Assembly (NCBI GenBank): GCA_963762255.1
Contig: CAVXKA010000001.1
Location: 1,460,147 to 1,524,146, forward strand
Direction: 5' to 3'
Length of the DNA stretch: 64,000 nt
From: Candidatus Eiseniibacteriota bacterium
Lineage (GTDB): Bacteria > Eisenbacteria > RBG-16-71-46 > JABDJR01
Position numbers and translations under genes: made by a program. Shown in pieces: positions 9,839 through 19,704 of this stretch (its first letter is position 1; the number at the start of each line of letters is the position of its first letter). A model generated the notes under the pieces. That model did not search any database. It saw only the letters and a program-made list of their open reading frames with translations, and was not told the origin of the DNA.

Positions 9839-10001
9839 GATGGGCTCCTGCCGGCGGGTCAGGCCGGAAAGGGGGAGGGGACGCTGGATCAGTACCGCCA
9901 TTGTAGCAGGAATCCGGGCCCGGCACCCCGCCTTGGCAGGGACGGGCGAGGGCCTTAGGATAGCCGCCGGATTCCTTCGCCGCACCTGTCAGGAGGTCCG
10001 T

Positions 10002-10856
10002 TTGCGCTCACTCTTCGCCGCCCTACTCGCGATGTCGCTTCTCTCTTGCACGACATCCGCGCCCCGGCAGCGCGTCATCGCCGCCAGCATGCCTCCCGTG
10101 GGCGCGATGGTGCGACTCGTGACCGGCGATGCGATCCCCGTGGTCACGCTCCTCCCGGCCGGGCGCAGCCCGCACGATTTCGAGCCGAGCGCGAGCGACG
10201 TGAAGCGCATGCAGGGGGCGGAACTCTACGTCTACGTCGGCGAGGACATCGACGGCTGGATGCGCCGCTCGGCGCAGGCGGTGGCGGGGGAGAGCGCGCC
10301 GATCCTCGCGATGCGCACCGTCGCGCCCGAGCCCGATCGCGATCCGCATCTCTGGCTCGATCTCGACACCGTGCGCAAGTTTCTCCCGGTGCTCGCCGAG
10401 CAGCTCGCCGCGGCGGATCCCGAGGGCGCCGCCGCATACCGTGCGCGTGCGGCCGCCGCGCTGGACAGCCTGACCGCCTTCGACGCCTGGGCGCGCGAGG
10501 AATTGGCCGGCGTGCACGATGTCCCGTTCGCGCTGCTCCACTCCGCCTTCACGTCCTTCTGCCGCCGCTACAACCTGTCCGCGGTGGGCATCCTGATGCT
10601 GCATCCCGAGGGGGAGGCGCTCCCGCGCTCGCTCGGCGACGTGGCCCGCGAACTCGAGACATCGAATGCGCATGTCGTCTTTGCCGAACCGCAACAGCCG
10701 CGGCGACTCGCCGAGTCGGTGGCGGCGGAGATCGGCGGCCAAGTCGGAATCGTGGACCCGCAGGGAGGCCCCGACCTGCCCGGACGCGACACCTACCTCG
10801 GACTGCTGCGGTGGAACGTGCGCAGTCTGGCCGAGAGCCTCCGCGGAGCCCGCTGA
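10002..10856 (+). CDS. znuA: zinc/manganese ABC transporter substrate-binding protein (TroA/ZnuA family)
   Basis: TTG at 10002 sits 5 nt after AGGAGG (9991-9996). A signal/lipoprotein peptide (LRSLFAALLAMSLLSCTTS) precedes TroA-like sequence. The upstream 100 codons of ORF 9702..10856 overlap the divergent FAD gene region. Confidence 0.8.
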   Translation: MRSLFAALLAMSLLSCTTSAPRQRVIAASMPPVGAMVRLVTGDAIPVVTLLPAGRSPHDFEPSASDVKRMQGAELYVYVGEDIDGWMRRSAQAVAGESAPILAMRTVAPEPDRDPHLWLDLDTVRKFLPVLAEQLAAADPEGAAAYRARAAAALDSLTAFDAWAREELAGVHDVPFALLHSAFTSFCRRYNLSAVGILMLHPEGEALPRSLGDVARELETSNAHVVFAEPQQPRRLAESVAAEIGGQVGIVDPQGGPDLPGRDTYLGLLRWNVRSLAESLRGAR

Positions 10857-10860
10857 TCCG

Positions 10861-11616
10861 ATGGAAGCCTCTCCGCGCGCGCCGGTGATCGAGGTCAGCG
10901 GGGTCTCGCTGCGCCGCGCCGGCCGGCCCGTGCTCACCGACGTCTCGTTCAGCATCGATGCGCAGGAGCTCGTCGGTCTGATCGGCCCCAACGGCGGCGG
11001 CAAGACCACGCTCCTCCAGGTCATCCTCGGGGTGCTGCGCCCCGACACCGGAAGCGTCCTCGTGTTCGGAAGGGATCCCGCGCGCCGCGGTCAGGATCGC
11101 GGCGATATCGGCTACGTGGCCCAGGCCAAGCTCTTCGAGCGCGACTTCCCCGCGCGCGCCAAGGACGTCGTCCTCATGGGCACCTTTGCCCAGATCGGCA
11201 TTCTTCGGATTCCCGGCGCCGCGGAGAAGCGGCGGGCGATGGAGGCGTTGGAGCAGGTGGGCATGGCCGACCGCGCCGACCGTCCGATCGGCCGGCTCTC
11301 CGGCGGCGAACAGCAGCGCGTCTTCATCGCGCAGGCGCTCGTCTCGCATCCCAAGCTGCTCATCCTCGACGAGCCCACCGTGGGGGTGGATCGCGAGGGA
11401 GAGGAAGCCCTGCTCCATCTATTGTCGCGGCTCAAAAAGGAAGTCCAGCTCACCATCCTGATGGTCAGTCACAACGTGGCCCTCATCCGCTCTCACACCG
11501 ACCGCATCCTCTGCGTGAACCGCGAACTCTGCTTCACCGGTCCCGCCGTCGGGCTGACCGACGAGGTGATCGCCGAGGCCTATCACGCCCACCGGACGAG
11601 GCACTCCCATGCTTGA
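10861..11616 (+). CDS. znuC: metal ABC transporter ATP-binding protein
   Basis: The ATG at 10861 lies 5 nt after the znuA stop. Walker A GPNGGGKTT, signature LSGGEQQRVFIA and Walker B LLILDEPT are present. Confidence 0.88.
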   Translation: MEASPRAPVIEVSGVSLRRAGRPVLTDVSFSIDAQELVGLIGPNGGGKTTLLQVILGVLRPDTGSVLVFGRDPARRGQDRGDIGYVAQAKLFERDFPARAKDVVLMGTFAQIGILRIPGAAEKRRAMEALEQVGMADRADRPIGRLSGGEQQRVFIAQALVSHPKLLILDEPTVGVDREGEEALLHLLSRLKKEVQLTILMVSHNVALIRSHTDRILCVNRELCFTGPAVGLTDEVIAEAYHAHRTRHSHA

Positions 11617-12427
11617 TCATCTTCGCGAGATGCTCGGGCTCGGGTTCATGCAGCGCGCGTTCCTCGGCGGGGCGATGATCGGCGCCACCTGCGCGTTTCT
11701 CTCGGTGTTCGTCGTGCTGCGGCGCATGGCGTTCGTGAGCCAGGGGGTGAGCCACGCCGCTTTCGGCGGAGTCGCGCTCGCGGTGCTGCTCGGTCTGGAT
11801 CCCACCTGGGGAGCCGCCGTCTTCTCCGTCGCCACCGCGTTCGGCATCGGCGCGGTGAGCCGCCGCCGCCGCGTGGCCGAGGACAGCACGATCGGGATCT
11901 TCCTCGCCGTGGCCATGGCCCTCGGCGTGATCTTCCTCGGATTGCGCAAGGGGAGCACCGCGAACCTCTTCGGATACCTCTTCGGCAGCATCCTCTCCAT
12001 CCTTCCCAGCGATCTCCCCTGGATGCTCGGAATGACGGGACTCGTCTTCGTGCTTTTGGTGGCCTTCGTCAAGGAACTCTACTTCTATGTCTTCGACGAG
12101 GAGATGGCGAGGGTCGCCGGGATCCCCGTCGACTTCCTCTACTTCGGACTCCTCGTGCTGCTCGCGGTCACGATCGTGGTCAGCATCAAGCTCGTGGGGG
12201 TGATCCTGGTCACCGCGCTGCTCGTCATTCCCGGCGCCGCGGCCCGGCTCGTCACCAGCAACATCGTCGCGTTGATCGGGGTCTCGGTCGGGATGGGTGT
12301 GCTGAGCGTGGTCATCGGGCTGACCGGGGCCTATCTCCTGGATGTGAGTCCCGGCGCCGCGATTGTCATCGTCCTCTTCGCCGGCTTCATCGTGTCGCTT
12401 CTGGGCACCTCGCGCAAGAACCGCTGA
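11609..12427 (+). CDS. znuB: metal ABC transporter permease (ZnuB/TroC family)
   Basis: The start overlaps the znuC stop by 8 nt. Eight hydrophobic segments typical of ABC-3 permeases. Confidence 0.88.
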   Translation: MLDHLREMLGLGFMQRAFLGGAMIGATCAFLSVFVVLRRMAFVSQGVSHAAFGGVALAVLLGLDPTWGAAVFSVATAFGIGAVSRRRRVAEDSTIGIFLAVAMALGVIFLGLRKGSTANLFGYLFGSILSILPSDLPWMLGMTGLVFVLLVAFVKELYFYVFDEEMARVAGIPVDFLYFGLLVLLAVTIVVSIKLVGVILVTALLVIPGAAARLVTSNIVALIGVSVGMGVLSVVIGLTGAYLLDVSPGAAIVIVLFAGFIVSLLGTSRKNR

Positions 12428-12470
12428 CCGAGCGGTTCGCGTCTTCGCCCGCTCGGGGTACACTCTGGCC

Positions 12471-13703
12471 ATGGCCACCCCCAAGGACACTCCCTTCCCC
12501 GCAGCCGCCTTCGCGGAGGCCGCCCGCGTCTACGCGGAAGAGCACGATCTCTTCGCGCTGGCCGCTCGGTGCGGCGCGCGCAAGAAGGGATATCGCTTGC
12601 AGACCCTGGGCGTGGACGCGGTGGCCGATCTACTCGCCGAGCGCGTGGCGGAGCACGCCGTCGCACGCAAGCGCGCCCTTTCGCAGATGCTGGAGGATCT
12701 CGGGGGAGCGCCGGAACCGCTTGCCGCCGAGGAGCCGGCGGCCCTGCGCAAGCGACTGCGCACCGTGCCGATCCCCGACGCCCCGACGCGCGCGCGGTGG
12801 ATTTTTGCCCTCTTGCTCGATCCGAGGCCGGAGATGTGGCCGCTGGTCTCCGCGCTGCGCCGACCGCCGCGACGGGCCTCGGTGGGCGCGCGCGCCGAGC
12901 AGCACGCGGAGGTTGACGCCGGCCGCCTGGCAAAGGATCTGGATCGCGCCGGACACACGGCGGATGCGCTGCGCGAAGAGCGCGATCGCATGGCCCGGGA
13001 TGTACGAACCCTCCAGCGGGTCATCGCGCGCGAGACCGATCTGCGCAAGCAAGCCGAGCGCCGGGCGGAGCGCGCCTACGAGACCGCTAGAAAGAGCGCG
13101 GATGAAGCGACCGAGGCCAAAGCGGAGCTTCGACGCCGGGTGCAGCGGGCGGCCCAGGTGACCGACGGCGCGGCTTCCGCCAGGCAGTGGCGCGACCTGC
13201 AGAGCCGCATGACCGAGCTGGCTGAGATGAACGCCGCACTGCGGCGCGATTACTCGGCGGCGCACAGCGCCCTGCGATCGCTCAAAGATCGCATGGCCGA
13301 GCGCTGGACCGAGGGGAAGATCAGGGAGAGGGATCTGAAACCGATCGATCCCGACGAGCCCCTGGTGGTGGAGCCGCCGCTCGAGCGTGACCCGCGCCCG
13401 GCCGCGGAGAAGGTGCGCATGCCGAGCGATCCCCATCACTGGCCCGGCGGCTCGGCGCGGTTCCGCGGTTTTCTCGAGCGCATCGCCCGATGCGAGCATG
13501 TCACGCGGATCATGCCGCGATCGTTCCAGCATCCCACCCGGCACGGCATCTCGTTCGTCACCGACGAGGGAGATCTCATCGCGCGCGTCTCGGAGGGAGA
13601 CCACGCGGCGATCGTCCTGATCCTCACCACCGCCACGCATCGGGGGCAGGGGGAGCATGTGCGCCGGGAGATCACGCCTCTTTTTGCCGAGAGAGGACTC
13701 TAG
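12471..13703 (+). CDS. hypothetical protein with central coiled-coil region
   Basis: ATG at 12471 (MATPKDTPF). A charged, heptad-like region runs RDRMARDVRTLQRVIARETDLRKQAERRAERAYETARKSADEATEAKAELRRR. No domain is recognisable by eye. Confidence 0.5.
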   Translation: MATPKDTPFPAAAFAEAARVYAEEHDLFALAARCGARKKGYRLQTLGVDAVADLLAERVAEHAVARKRALSQMLEDLGGAPEPLAAEEPAALRKRLRTVPIPDAPTRARWIFALLLDPRPEMWPLVSALRRPPRRASVGARAEQHAEVDAGRLAKDLDRAGHTADALREERDRMARDVRTLQRVIARETDLRKQAERRAERAYETARKSADEATEAKAELRRRVQRAAQVTDGAASARQWRDLQSRMTELAEMNAALRRDYSAAHSALRSLKDRMAERWTEGKIRERDLKPIDPDEPLVVEPPLERDPRPAAEKVRMPSDPHHWPGGSARFRGFLERIARCEHVTRIMPRSFQHPTRHGISFVTDEGDLIARVSEGDHAAIVLILTTATHRGQGEHVRREITPLFAERGL

Positions 13704-13923
13704 TCCGCCCGCAACTGCGGCCTCGCCCCTGCCTTCATCGCGAGACGCCTCGCCCCCGGGATTAGCGACGCCCTCGGCGCGGTACTCGCTCTCGTTGGGG
13801 TTCTCCCTCAGACCTGGCCCCACGAGGTCCGGCCGGCGCGGAGCCCGTCGCCGACCGACCTCGTAACTAAATGAAACAAAAAGACTTAAACGCGAACATC
13901 GGACGTTCGGAGGTCGAGTCATC

Positions 13924-15396
13924 ATGAAGCGCAGGGTTTGGATTGTGTTCAGCGTCGTGGTCATGGCGGCATTCCTGGCCGGAGGTTGGGCCGTGCCCCA
14001 GCTCTTTTCCGCTAGCGCGGCGAAGCCGGTCGACCAGTTCACCCCGGAGCAGAGGGCGGCCTTACAGGATCTCAAGGCGTTCTCCTCGGGATTCGCCGCG
14101 GTGGCCCAGGCGGTGTCGCCGTCGGTGGTAACGGTCACGAGCGAGAAGCTCGTGCAGCCCGCCGCAAACCCGTTCAGCAACGACCCCATGTTCCGCCGGT
14201 TCTTCGGCGACCAGGGGCAGAACGATCAGCCGTTCAAGCAGCGCGGCCTCGGCTCGGGGGTCATCGTCCGTGAAGACGGCTACGTCTTGACCAACAACCA
14301 TGTGATCCAGGGCGCAGACGAACTCACCGTGGAACTCTTCGACGGGCGGAAGCTCCCCGCCAAGGTGGTGGGCGCCGACCCGCGCAGCGATCTGGCGGTG
14401 CTACGCGTGGATGCGAGCGGTCTCCCCGCCATGTCTATAGGCGACTCCGAGAAGGTGCGCATCGGCGAGTGGGTGCTGGCGATCGGCTCGCCCTTCAACG
14501 AGAACCTGCAGCACACCGTCACGGCCGGTATCGTGAGCGCCACCGGGCGCTCGGGGATGAACCTCAACGAGTACGAGGACTTCATTCAGACCGACGCCGC
14601 CATCAATCCCGGCAACTCCGGGGGCGCGCTCGTGAACCTGGACGGCGAGATGATCGGCATCAACTCCGCGATCGCCTCGCGCACCGGCGGCTCCAACGGC
14701 ATCGGGTTCGCCATTCCCGCGAACATCGCGGTGGATGTGATGAACGACCTCATCACCGACGGGAAGGTCACCCGCGGATGGCTGGGAGTCAGCATCCAGG
14801 ACGTGAACCAGGATCTCGCCCAGGCCATGGGCTTGAGCACGGAGAGCGGCGTGCTCATCAACTCGGTGGCGAAAGACGGACCGGCCGAGAAGGCGGGTCT
14901 CGATCAGGGCGACGTGATCGTGCGTTTCGACGGCAAGACCATGAAGAACGTGTCCGAGCTGCGCCTCGCCGTGGCCAAGGCGGACCCGAGCGACGAAGCC
15001 GAAGTCGTCGTCCTGCGCGACGGCAAGGAGAAGACCGTCGCCGTTCGACTCGGGGAGTTTCCCGAGGACGGCTCCGCGGTCGCCGTCGAGAGCGGAGAGG
15101 TGCACCAGGACGATCTCGGCATCACGGTGGAGCCGATCACGCCCGATCTGGTCGATCAGTTCGAATTGCAGGACGTGTCGAAGGGCCTGGTGGTCACCAC
15201 GGTCACTCCGGCCAGCCCCGCCCAGGACGCCGGTATCCAACCCGGCGACGTCGTGCTCAAGGTAAACCGCGTGAGCATCGCCTCGCTCAAGGACTACCGC
15301 GAGGCGCTCGCCCGCGCCGAGAAGGGAAGCCCGGCGCTCTTCCTCCTCCAGCGAGGCACGAACACGTTCTTCATAGCCCTCCGTTCGAAGCCGTAA
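13924..15396 (+). CDS. htrA: HtrA/DegP/DegQ-family periplasmic serine protease, full length, two PDZ domains
   Basis: Signal peptide, then catalytic His (TNNHVIQGA), Asp (DLAVLRV) and Ser (GNSGGALVNLDGEMIGINSA) regions, then two PDZ domains. Paralogue of the partial gene at 1..1058. Confidence 0.9.
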   Translation: MKRRVWIVFSVVVMAAFLAGGWAVPQLFSASAAKPVDQFTPEQRAALQDLKAFSSGFAAVAQAVSPSVVTVTSEKLVQPAANPFSNDPMFRRFFGDQGQNDQPFKQRGLGSGVIVREDGYVLTNNHVIQGADELTVELFDGRKLPAKVVGADPRSDLAVLRVDASGLPAMSIGDSEKVRIGEWVLAIGSPFNENLQHTVTAGIVSATGRSGMNLNEYEDFIQTDAAINPGNSGGALVNLDGEMIGINSAIASRTGGSNGIGFAIPANIAVDVMNDLITDGKVTRGWLGVSIQDVNQDLAQAMGLSTESGVLINSVAKDGPAEKAGLDQGDVIVRFDGKTMKNVSELRLAVAKADPSDEAEVVVLRDGKEKTVAVRLGEFPEDGSAVAVESGEVHQDDLGITVEPITPDLVDQFELQDVSKGLVVTTVTPASPAQDAGIQPGDVVLKVNRVSIASLKDYREALARAEKGSPALFLLQRGTNTFFIALRSKP

Positions 15397-15420
15397 GAAG
15401 GCATCCCCATGAGGTGAGAA

Positions 15421-15452
15421 CGGGGCTCCGCATCCGGAGCCCCGTTTCTCTA
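15421..15452 (+). terminator. rho-independent terminator after htrA
   Basis: The stem cggggctccg(15421-15430)/cggagccccg(15435-15444) has a catc loop and is followed by TTTCTCT. Confidence 0.8.
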
Positions 15453-15462
15453 TACTTGGCGG

Positions 15463-16632
15463 GTGCGAACCCCACCCATCCGGCTCCTGGTCGCCACGTT
15501 CCTCGTCCTCTGCGGCTGCGCGCCCCCCGGAGCGGGGCCGATCTCCGACCGCGATCCCGGCTGGCCTTACGCCGGCGTCCAGTCGAGGACGCGCGTTCCG
15601 GCGGAGCTGATCGGGCAGCCGATCTTCACCGGACGTTGGATCGCCGCCGATGCCGAGGGGGTGGCCGCGTACACCGAGACGTCGGAGGCCCGGTATTTCT
15701 GCCGGGTCCCCTTCGACGACCCGCACCGGTTGCAGTTCCTCGACCTCGGCGTCGGCGCCGAAGTCGAGACCATCGGCTTCCTCCCGCGGGATCGCAGCCT
15801 GCTCCTGGTGGGGGCTGTGATGTCACCGCATCATCGCGAGGCGGTGGTCGTCCGCTCGCTTCTCGAAGTGGATTCCGAGACGCTCGCCCTGGTCGGCATG
15901 GTTCCTCTACCGCGGGACGGACGCGCCCGCGGTCTCGCGATCGATGCCTACCGCCGTCGCGTGTTCCTTCTCGATGACACGGCGGGCTCGGGCGAGGTCG
16001 TCGCGATCGACCTGTACGGGGGGCGGCGTGTCGCGCGCGCCTCTGCGGGGATCGTGCCGGCGTCGGTGGAGCGCAAGGGACTGGCGGGCGACGAGGACGG
16101 GCGCGTGCTCTTCTGCCTCGCCGGTGGAGAGGGGGTGCGCAGCGATTTCCAGCCCATCGGGGGGGACACCGCCGACGCGCCGCACCTGGTCGTGTTCGAG
16201 GCCGAGGGCCTTACCGTGCGCGCGCGCGTGCCCCTGGATCCCGGCTTCGAGCCACGGGCGGTGGCCTACGATGACGATCGTTCCCGCGCGTACGTCCTGG
16301 AGGCGCGGCGCGATCGCAGCCGCCTCGTGGTGGTAGACGGCAACTTCGATACGGTGCGCAGCCGCATCGACCTCCCCGAGGCGACAACCGATCTGGTTCT
16401 CTCCGGCGGCTTCGCCTTCATGCCCGGTTCCTACGGCATCTACATCGTGGATCTCGATCTCGAGTCGCTCATCAGCCGGCCTACGCAGTTCTTCGATCTC
16501 ACCGGCGAGATGGCGGTCTCCGCCGCGGGCTCGACGGCGCTCGTGCTCTATCAATCGGCCCGAAGCGGGGGAATCCCTGGACTTGCCGTTCTGTCCCTGC
16601 AAACCGGGGCGCTCCTGGACGTGCTGCAATGA
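15463..16632 (+). CDS. hypothetical lipoprotein, repeat/beta-propeller-like
   Basis: GTG start. A lipoprotein signal (LLVATFLVLCGCAPP) precedes repeated beta-strand-rich segments. The stop overlaps the next gene by 4 nt. Confidence 0.55.
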   Translation: MRTPPIRLLVATFLVLCGCAPPGAGPISDRDPGWPYAGVQSRTRVPAELIGQPIFTGRWIAADAEGVAAYTETSEARYFCRVPFDDPHRLQFLDLGVGAEVETIGFLPRDRSLLLVGAVMSPHHREAVVVRSLLEVDSETLALVGMVPLPRDGRARGLAIDAYRRRVFLLDDTAGSGEVVAIDLYGGRRVARASAGIVPASVERKGLAGDEDGRVLFCLAGGEGVRSDFQPIGGDTADAPHLVVFEAEGLTVRARVPLDPGFEPRAVAYDDDRSRAYVLEARRDRSRLVVVDGNFDTVRSRIDLPEATTDLVLSGGFAFMPGSYGIYIVDLDLESLISRPTQFFDLTGEMAVSAAGSTALVLYQSARSGGIPGLAVLSLQTGALLDVLQ

Positions 16633-17618
16633 GCGAAGCCCTGCTCCAGAACCTGGACCAGATTCCACAAGCGATGGTCCGACACGGGCTCGACCCCGAG
16701 CGCCACGCGGAACTGCTCGTCCATGTGCGCGACTTCTTTCGTCGTTACGCCGATCTCGAGCGGCGCCTGCTCGGGGAGGTGTGGGTGACCTATCCTGCTC
16801 ACCTGCTCGAAGGGCTTCCCACGGACGACCCGATGCAGGCGGGCGAAACGCTGGCCCGCCGAGAGCGGGCCCGGCTTCATCTGGGCGACGGCGAGAGCGG
16901 GGATCTCATGACGCTTCTCGACCGCGAGGGGCTCAAGGTCTACCGGCCGCTCTTTCCGCAGGACACTCCCCTCGAGGGGATCTTCCTCTTCGATGCGGAG
17001 GCCGGTCCGAGCCTCATCGTCAACGGACTGTTGGCGCCCCTGGAGGCGGACTTCGTCTTCTCGCGCCTCTACGCCCACTACCTCATCGACAACGATCCCT
17101 ATTCGATTCATCTGTTGGTGCGGGGGGAGGAGCCCTCGGCCGTCGACCTGCGCGCACAAGCTTTCGCCGCCGCGTTTCTGATCCCCGCGGAAGGCCTCGC
17201 CACCTACTTGAAGGCGCTGCATTGGACCCCCGACTCCGTGGTGGACGCCGGCATCGCGGTTCAGCTCGCTGCCTACTTCGAGGTCGGCTTTCGGACGCTG
17301 TTCGCGCGCCTCTTGAGCCTGAACCTCGTCGGGCCGGACGATGTCTCACCGCTCCTCATCGCACTCGAATCCGCGGGGGGACCGGTCGTGGCCGAGCGAC
17401 CGGAGAACGCCATACCCGAGCGGTTCGTGCGGCTCGCGCTGGAGGCGCACGCGCGCAAGCTCTTCGACGTTCACGCTCTCGCCCTCTATCTGGAGACCGA
17501 CCTCGCCGCCACGCGGCGCCTGGCCGGACGTTTTCAACTCGGCGACGAAACCTCCGGCCGCGAAGAACGACCCCGACTCCCGCGCGGCCGTGTCGAGAAA
17601 GGAAAGCCGAAACCGTGA
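16629..17618 (+). CDS. ImmA/IrrE-like (COG2856) domain protein with degenerate HEXXH site
   Basis: Region FVFSRLYAHYLIDN ... AQAFAAAFLIPAEGL aligns by eye to the ImmA/IrrE core (FTLAHELGHxLLH ... AN.FAaelLmP), but HEXXH is replaced by AHYLID. Translationally coupled to both neighbours. Confidence 0.45.
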   Translation: MSEALLQNLDQIPQAMVRHGLDPERHAELLVHVRDFFRRYADLERRLLGEVWVTYPAHLLEGLPTDDPMQAGETLARRERARLHLGDGESGDLMTLLDREGLKVYRPLFPQDTPLEGIFLFDAEAGPSLIVNGLLAPLEADFVFSRLYAHYLIDNDPYSIHLLVRGEEPSAVDLRAQAFAAAFLIPAEGLATYLKALHWTPDSVVDAGIAVQLAAYFEVGFRTLFARLLSLNLVGPDDVSPLLIALESAGGPVVAERPENAIPERFVRLALEAHARKLFDVHALALYLETDLAATRRLAGRFQLGDETSGREERPRLPRGRVEKGKPKP

Positions 17619-18271
17619 CCCTCGCCCGCCGGCTCCCCGTGATCGGCGCGGATCCCATCCCGGTGGGGAAGATCCTCGCCGTGGGCCGCAACTACGCGGA
17701 TCATGCCGCGGAGATGCAGGCGCCAGCCGACCCCGTCATCTTCATGAAACCGACGACCGCGCTGCGGCTCCCGGGGGAGGACGTCGTTCTGCCGCGCGAT
17801 CGGGGGAGTGTCCACCACGAGGTGGAGATTCTGGTGGCGCTCTCTCGCGGCGGAACGCACCTCACCGAGGCCGAGGCGGCGCGTGCGGTCGGCGCCTACG
17901 GAATCGGGCTCGATCTCACCCTGCGCGATGTACAGGCCGCGGCCAAGGCCAAGGGTCTCCCGTGGACCCTTGCCAAGGGGTTCGACGGCGCGCTTCCGGT
18001 GAGCGAGTTCGTCCCGGCCGCGCGCATTCCCGAACCCCGCGACCTCCGTTTCCGGCTGGAGCTGAACGGCACGCTGCGCCAGGAAGGGCGCGCAGTGGAC
18101 ATGGTGCTTTCCGTGCCTGCACTCCTCGCGTTCATCTCCACCTGGATCACCCTCGAGCCGGGCGACCTCGTCCTTACCGGTACTCCCGCGGGAGTGGGGC
18201 CGATCGTGGCCGGCGACGAGGCGCACATCGTGCTCGATGGCTGGACGGAAGCGCGCTTCCGCTTCTCCTAG
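17615..18271 (+). CDS. fumarylacetoacetate hydrolase (FAH) family protein
   Basis: The GTG at 17615 overlaps the upstream stop (GTGA). FAH-family signatures: ILAVGRNYADHAAEM, the metal-binding region HHEVEILVAL, and the C-terminal segment LEPGDLVLTGTPAGVGPI. Confidence 0.85.
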   Translation: MTLARRLPVIGADPIPVGKILAVGRNYADHAAEMQAPADPVIFMKPTTALRLPGEDVVLPRDRGSVHHEVEILVALSRGGTHLTEAEAARAVGAYGIGLDLTLRDVQAAAKAKGLPWTLAKGFDGALPVSEFVPAARIPEPRDLRFRLELNGTLRQEGRAVDMVLSVPALLAFISTWITLEPGDLVLTGTPAGVGPIVAGDEAHIVLDGWTEARFRFS

Positions 18272-18378
18272 AGGGCACGCGCCCTTGATTCCCTGCGCGC
18301 GAGGGCGCTAGACTCGCCGCACTTTCTGGCCGGAGATCGTCGGCCGTTTCCGCAGCTCCGGCAAGGAGCTGCTCGAAG

Positions 18379-19704
18379 GTGGAGCGCGTGGGTTTTCTCA
18401 AGACGCTGTTCGGCCGCGGTGCCGACAAGGATGAAGACAAGGGCGACGAGCTGCGGCTGGATTTCGAGTATCGCGAAGCCGCGTACTACTACCAGCAGGC
18501 GCTGGACAAGCTCGGCTCCGGCGATGAGGACGCGACGGATCGCGTCCGCCGCAAGCTGCGCGAAGTGCGCCGCCAGGCCCTCGACCAGCTCCTCGAGGAA
18601 TTCGACGAGCTCATGACGAACGACGCGCTCACGCTCGCCCACGAGAAGCTCGAGATGGCGGGCAATTTCGCCGAGGATGACGGCGGGCAGCTCGAAGTGG
18701 AGCGTCGCCGGGATCGCTTGAACGAGCTGCAGGAGCATGTCGAGGAGCAACCCGAGACGCCGGAATCGGTGGATGGCACCGAGGGCGACCTCCTCGAACT
18801 GGCGCTCTCCGCGATGGACGCCGAAGACCGCGAGCGCGCGGCGGCGCTGGGTGACGGCTTCCGGCTGGGTTTCGAGGCCTGCCAGCGCGAGGACTGGCAG
18901 GAGGGACTGGATCGTTTCGAGAAGGTCCTGGGCGATCATCCGGACGACGTGATGGTGCTCGAACTTGCCGGCATCGCCGCCGAGCATGTAGAGGACAACG
19001 AGAAGGCCCTCGCGTACTTTCAGAAGGCGCAGAGCGCGGCACCCAACCGCGCCGTGACCGTGAGCGGACTCGCCGCGATCTACCGGCGGCTCGACCGCAA
19101 GGACGAGGCGCGCAAGCTGCTTGCCGAGGCGGCCGCGGCGCACCCGGTCGGCGAGGGTTTCGCGCCGGCGTGGGCGGACATCCATCTCGAGCACGCCCTG
19201 ATGCTCGGCGAAGCGGGGAAGCACGCGGAGGCGGTGAAGATCCTGGTCGAACTCCTCGACGTCCGCGGCGTGGACCGGGGCTTCCTCCTCTACAACCTCG
19301 CCGGCGTTCTCGAGACGATGGGTCGCGATCGCGATGCGATGGCCGCTCTGGAGGAGGCCATCCAACTCTCGCCGCGCCAGCCGCTCTATCGCGAACGCCT
19401 CTCGGATTTTCTCGCCCAGCGCGGGCAGGATCTGGAGCACGCGTTGCGACTCATCGAGGAAGCCAACCAGGTGGAGACGACCGGTGCCGCGGGAATGCTC
19501 GGCGGCGGCGGATCGCGGGTTTCCATCAGCCCCAACCGCGCGCGCTATCTCTACAAGCTCGCGCGCATCTACTTCTTGAAGGGGGACGACCTCGAGGCCG
19601 ACCGGACCGCCACCGCGGCCCAGCATCTTGCCCGCGATCCGGAGGTCGTGCGCGCGCTCGAGGAGCTTCGCAAGGATCTCAAGGAGGTCCGCCAGAACCG
19701 CTGA
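18379..19704 (+). CDS. TPR-repeat protein (cytoplasmic, acidic N-terminus)
   Basis: GTG start. Multiple 34-residue TPR-like units (e.g. ALAYFQKAQSAAPNRAVTVSGLAAIYRRLDRKDEARKLL). The antisense ORF 18268..19626 is an artefact. Confidence 0.7.
   Translation: MERVGFLKTLFGRGADKDEDKGDELRLDFEYREAAYYYQQALDKLGSGDEDATDRVRRKLREVRRQALDQLLEEFDELMTNDALTLAHEKLEMAGNFAEDDGGQLEVERRRDRLNELQEHVEEQPETPESVDGTEGDLLELALSAMDAEDRERAAALGDGFRLGFEACQREDWQEGLDRFEKVLGDHPDDVMVLELAGIAAEHVEDNEKALAYFQKAQSAAPNRAVTVSGLAAIYRRLDRKDEARKLLAEAAAAHPVGEGFAPAWADIHLEHALMLGEAGKHAEAVKILVELLDVRGVDRGFLLYNLAGVLETMGRDRDAMAALEEAIQLSPRQPLYRERLSDFLAQRGQDLEHALRLIEEANQVETTGAAGMLGGGGSRVSISPNRARYLYKLARIYFLKGDDLEADRTATAAQHLARDPEVVRALEELRKDLKEVRQNR

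Noticed and set aside
12630-14189. 519-aa minus-strand ORF antisense to the coiled-coil protein and htrA start
   Set aside because: No motifs. Overlaps htrA and its AT-rich leader, where a real gene is unlikely.
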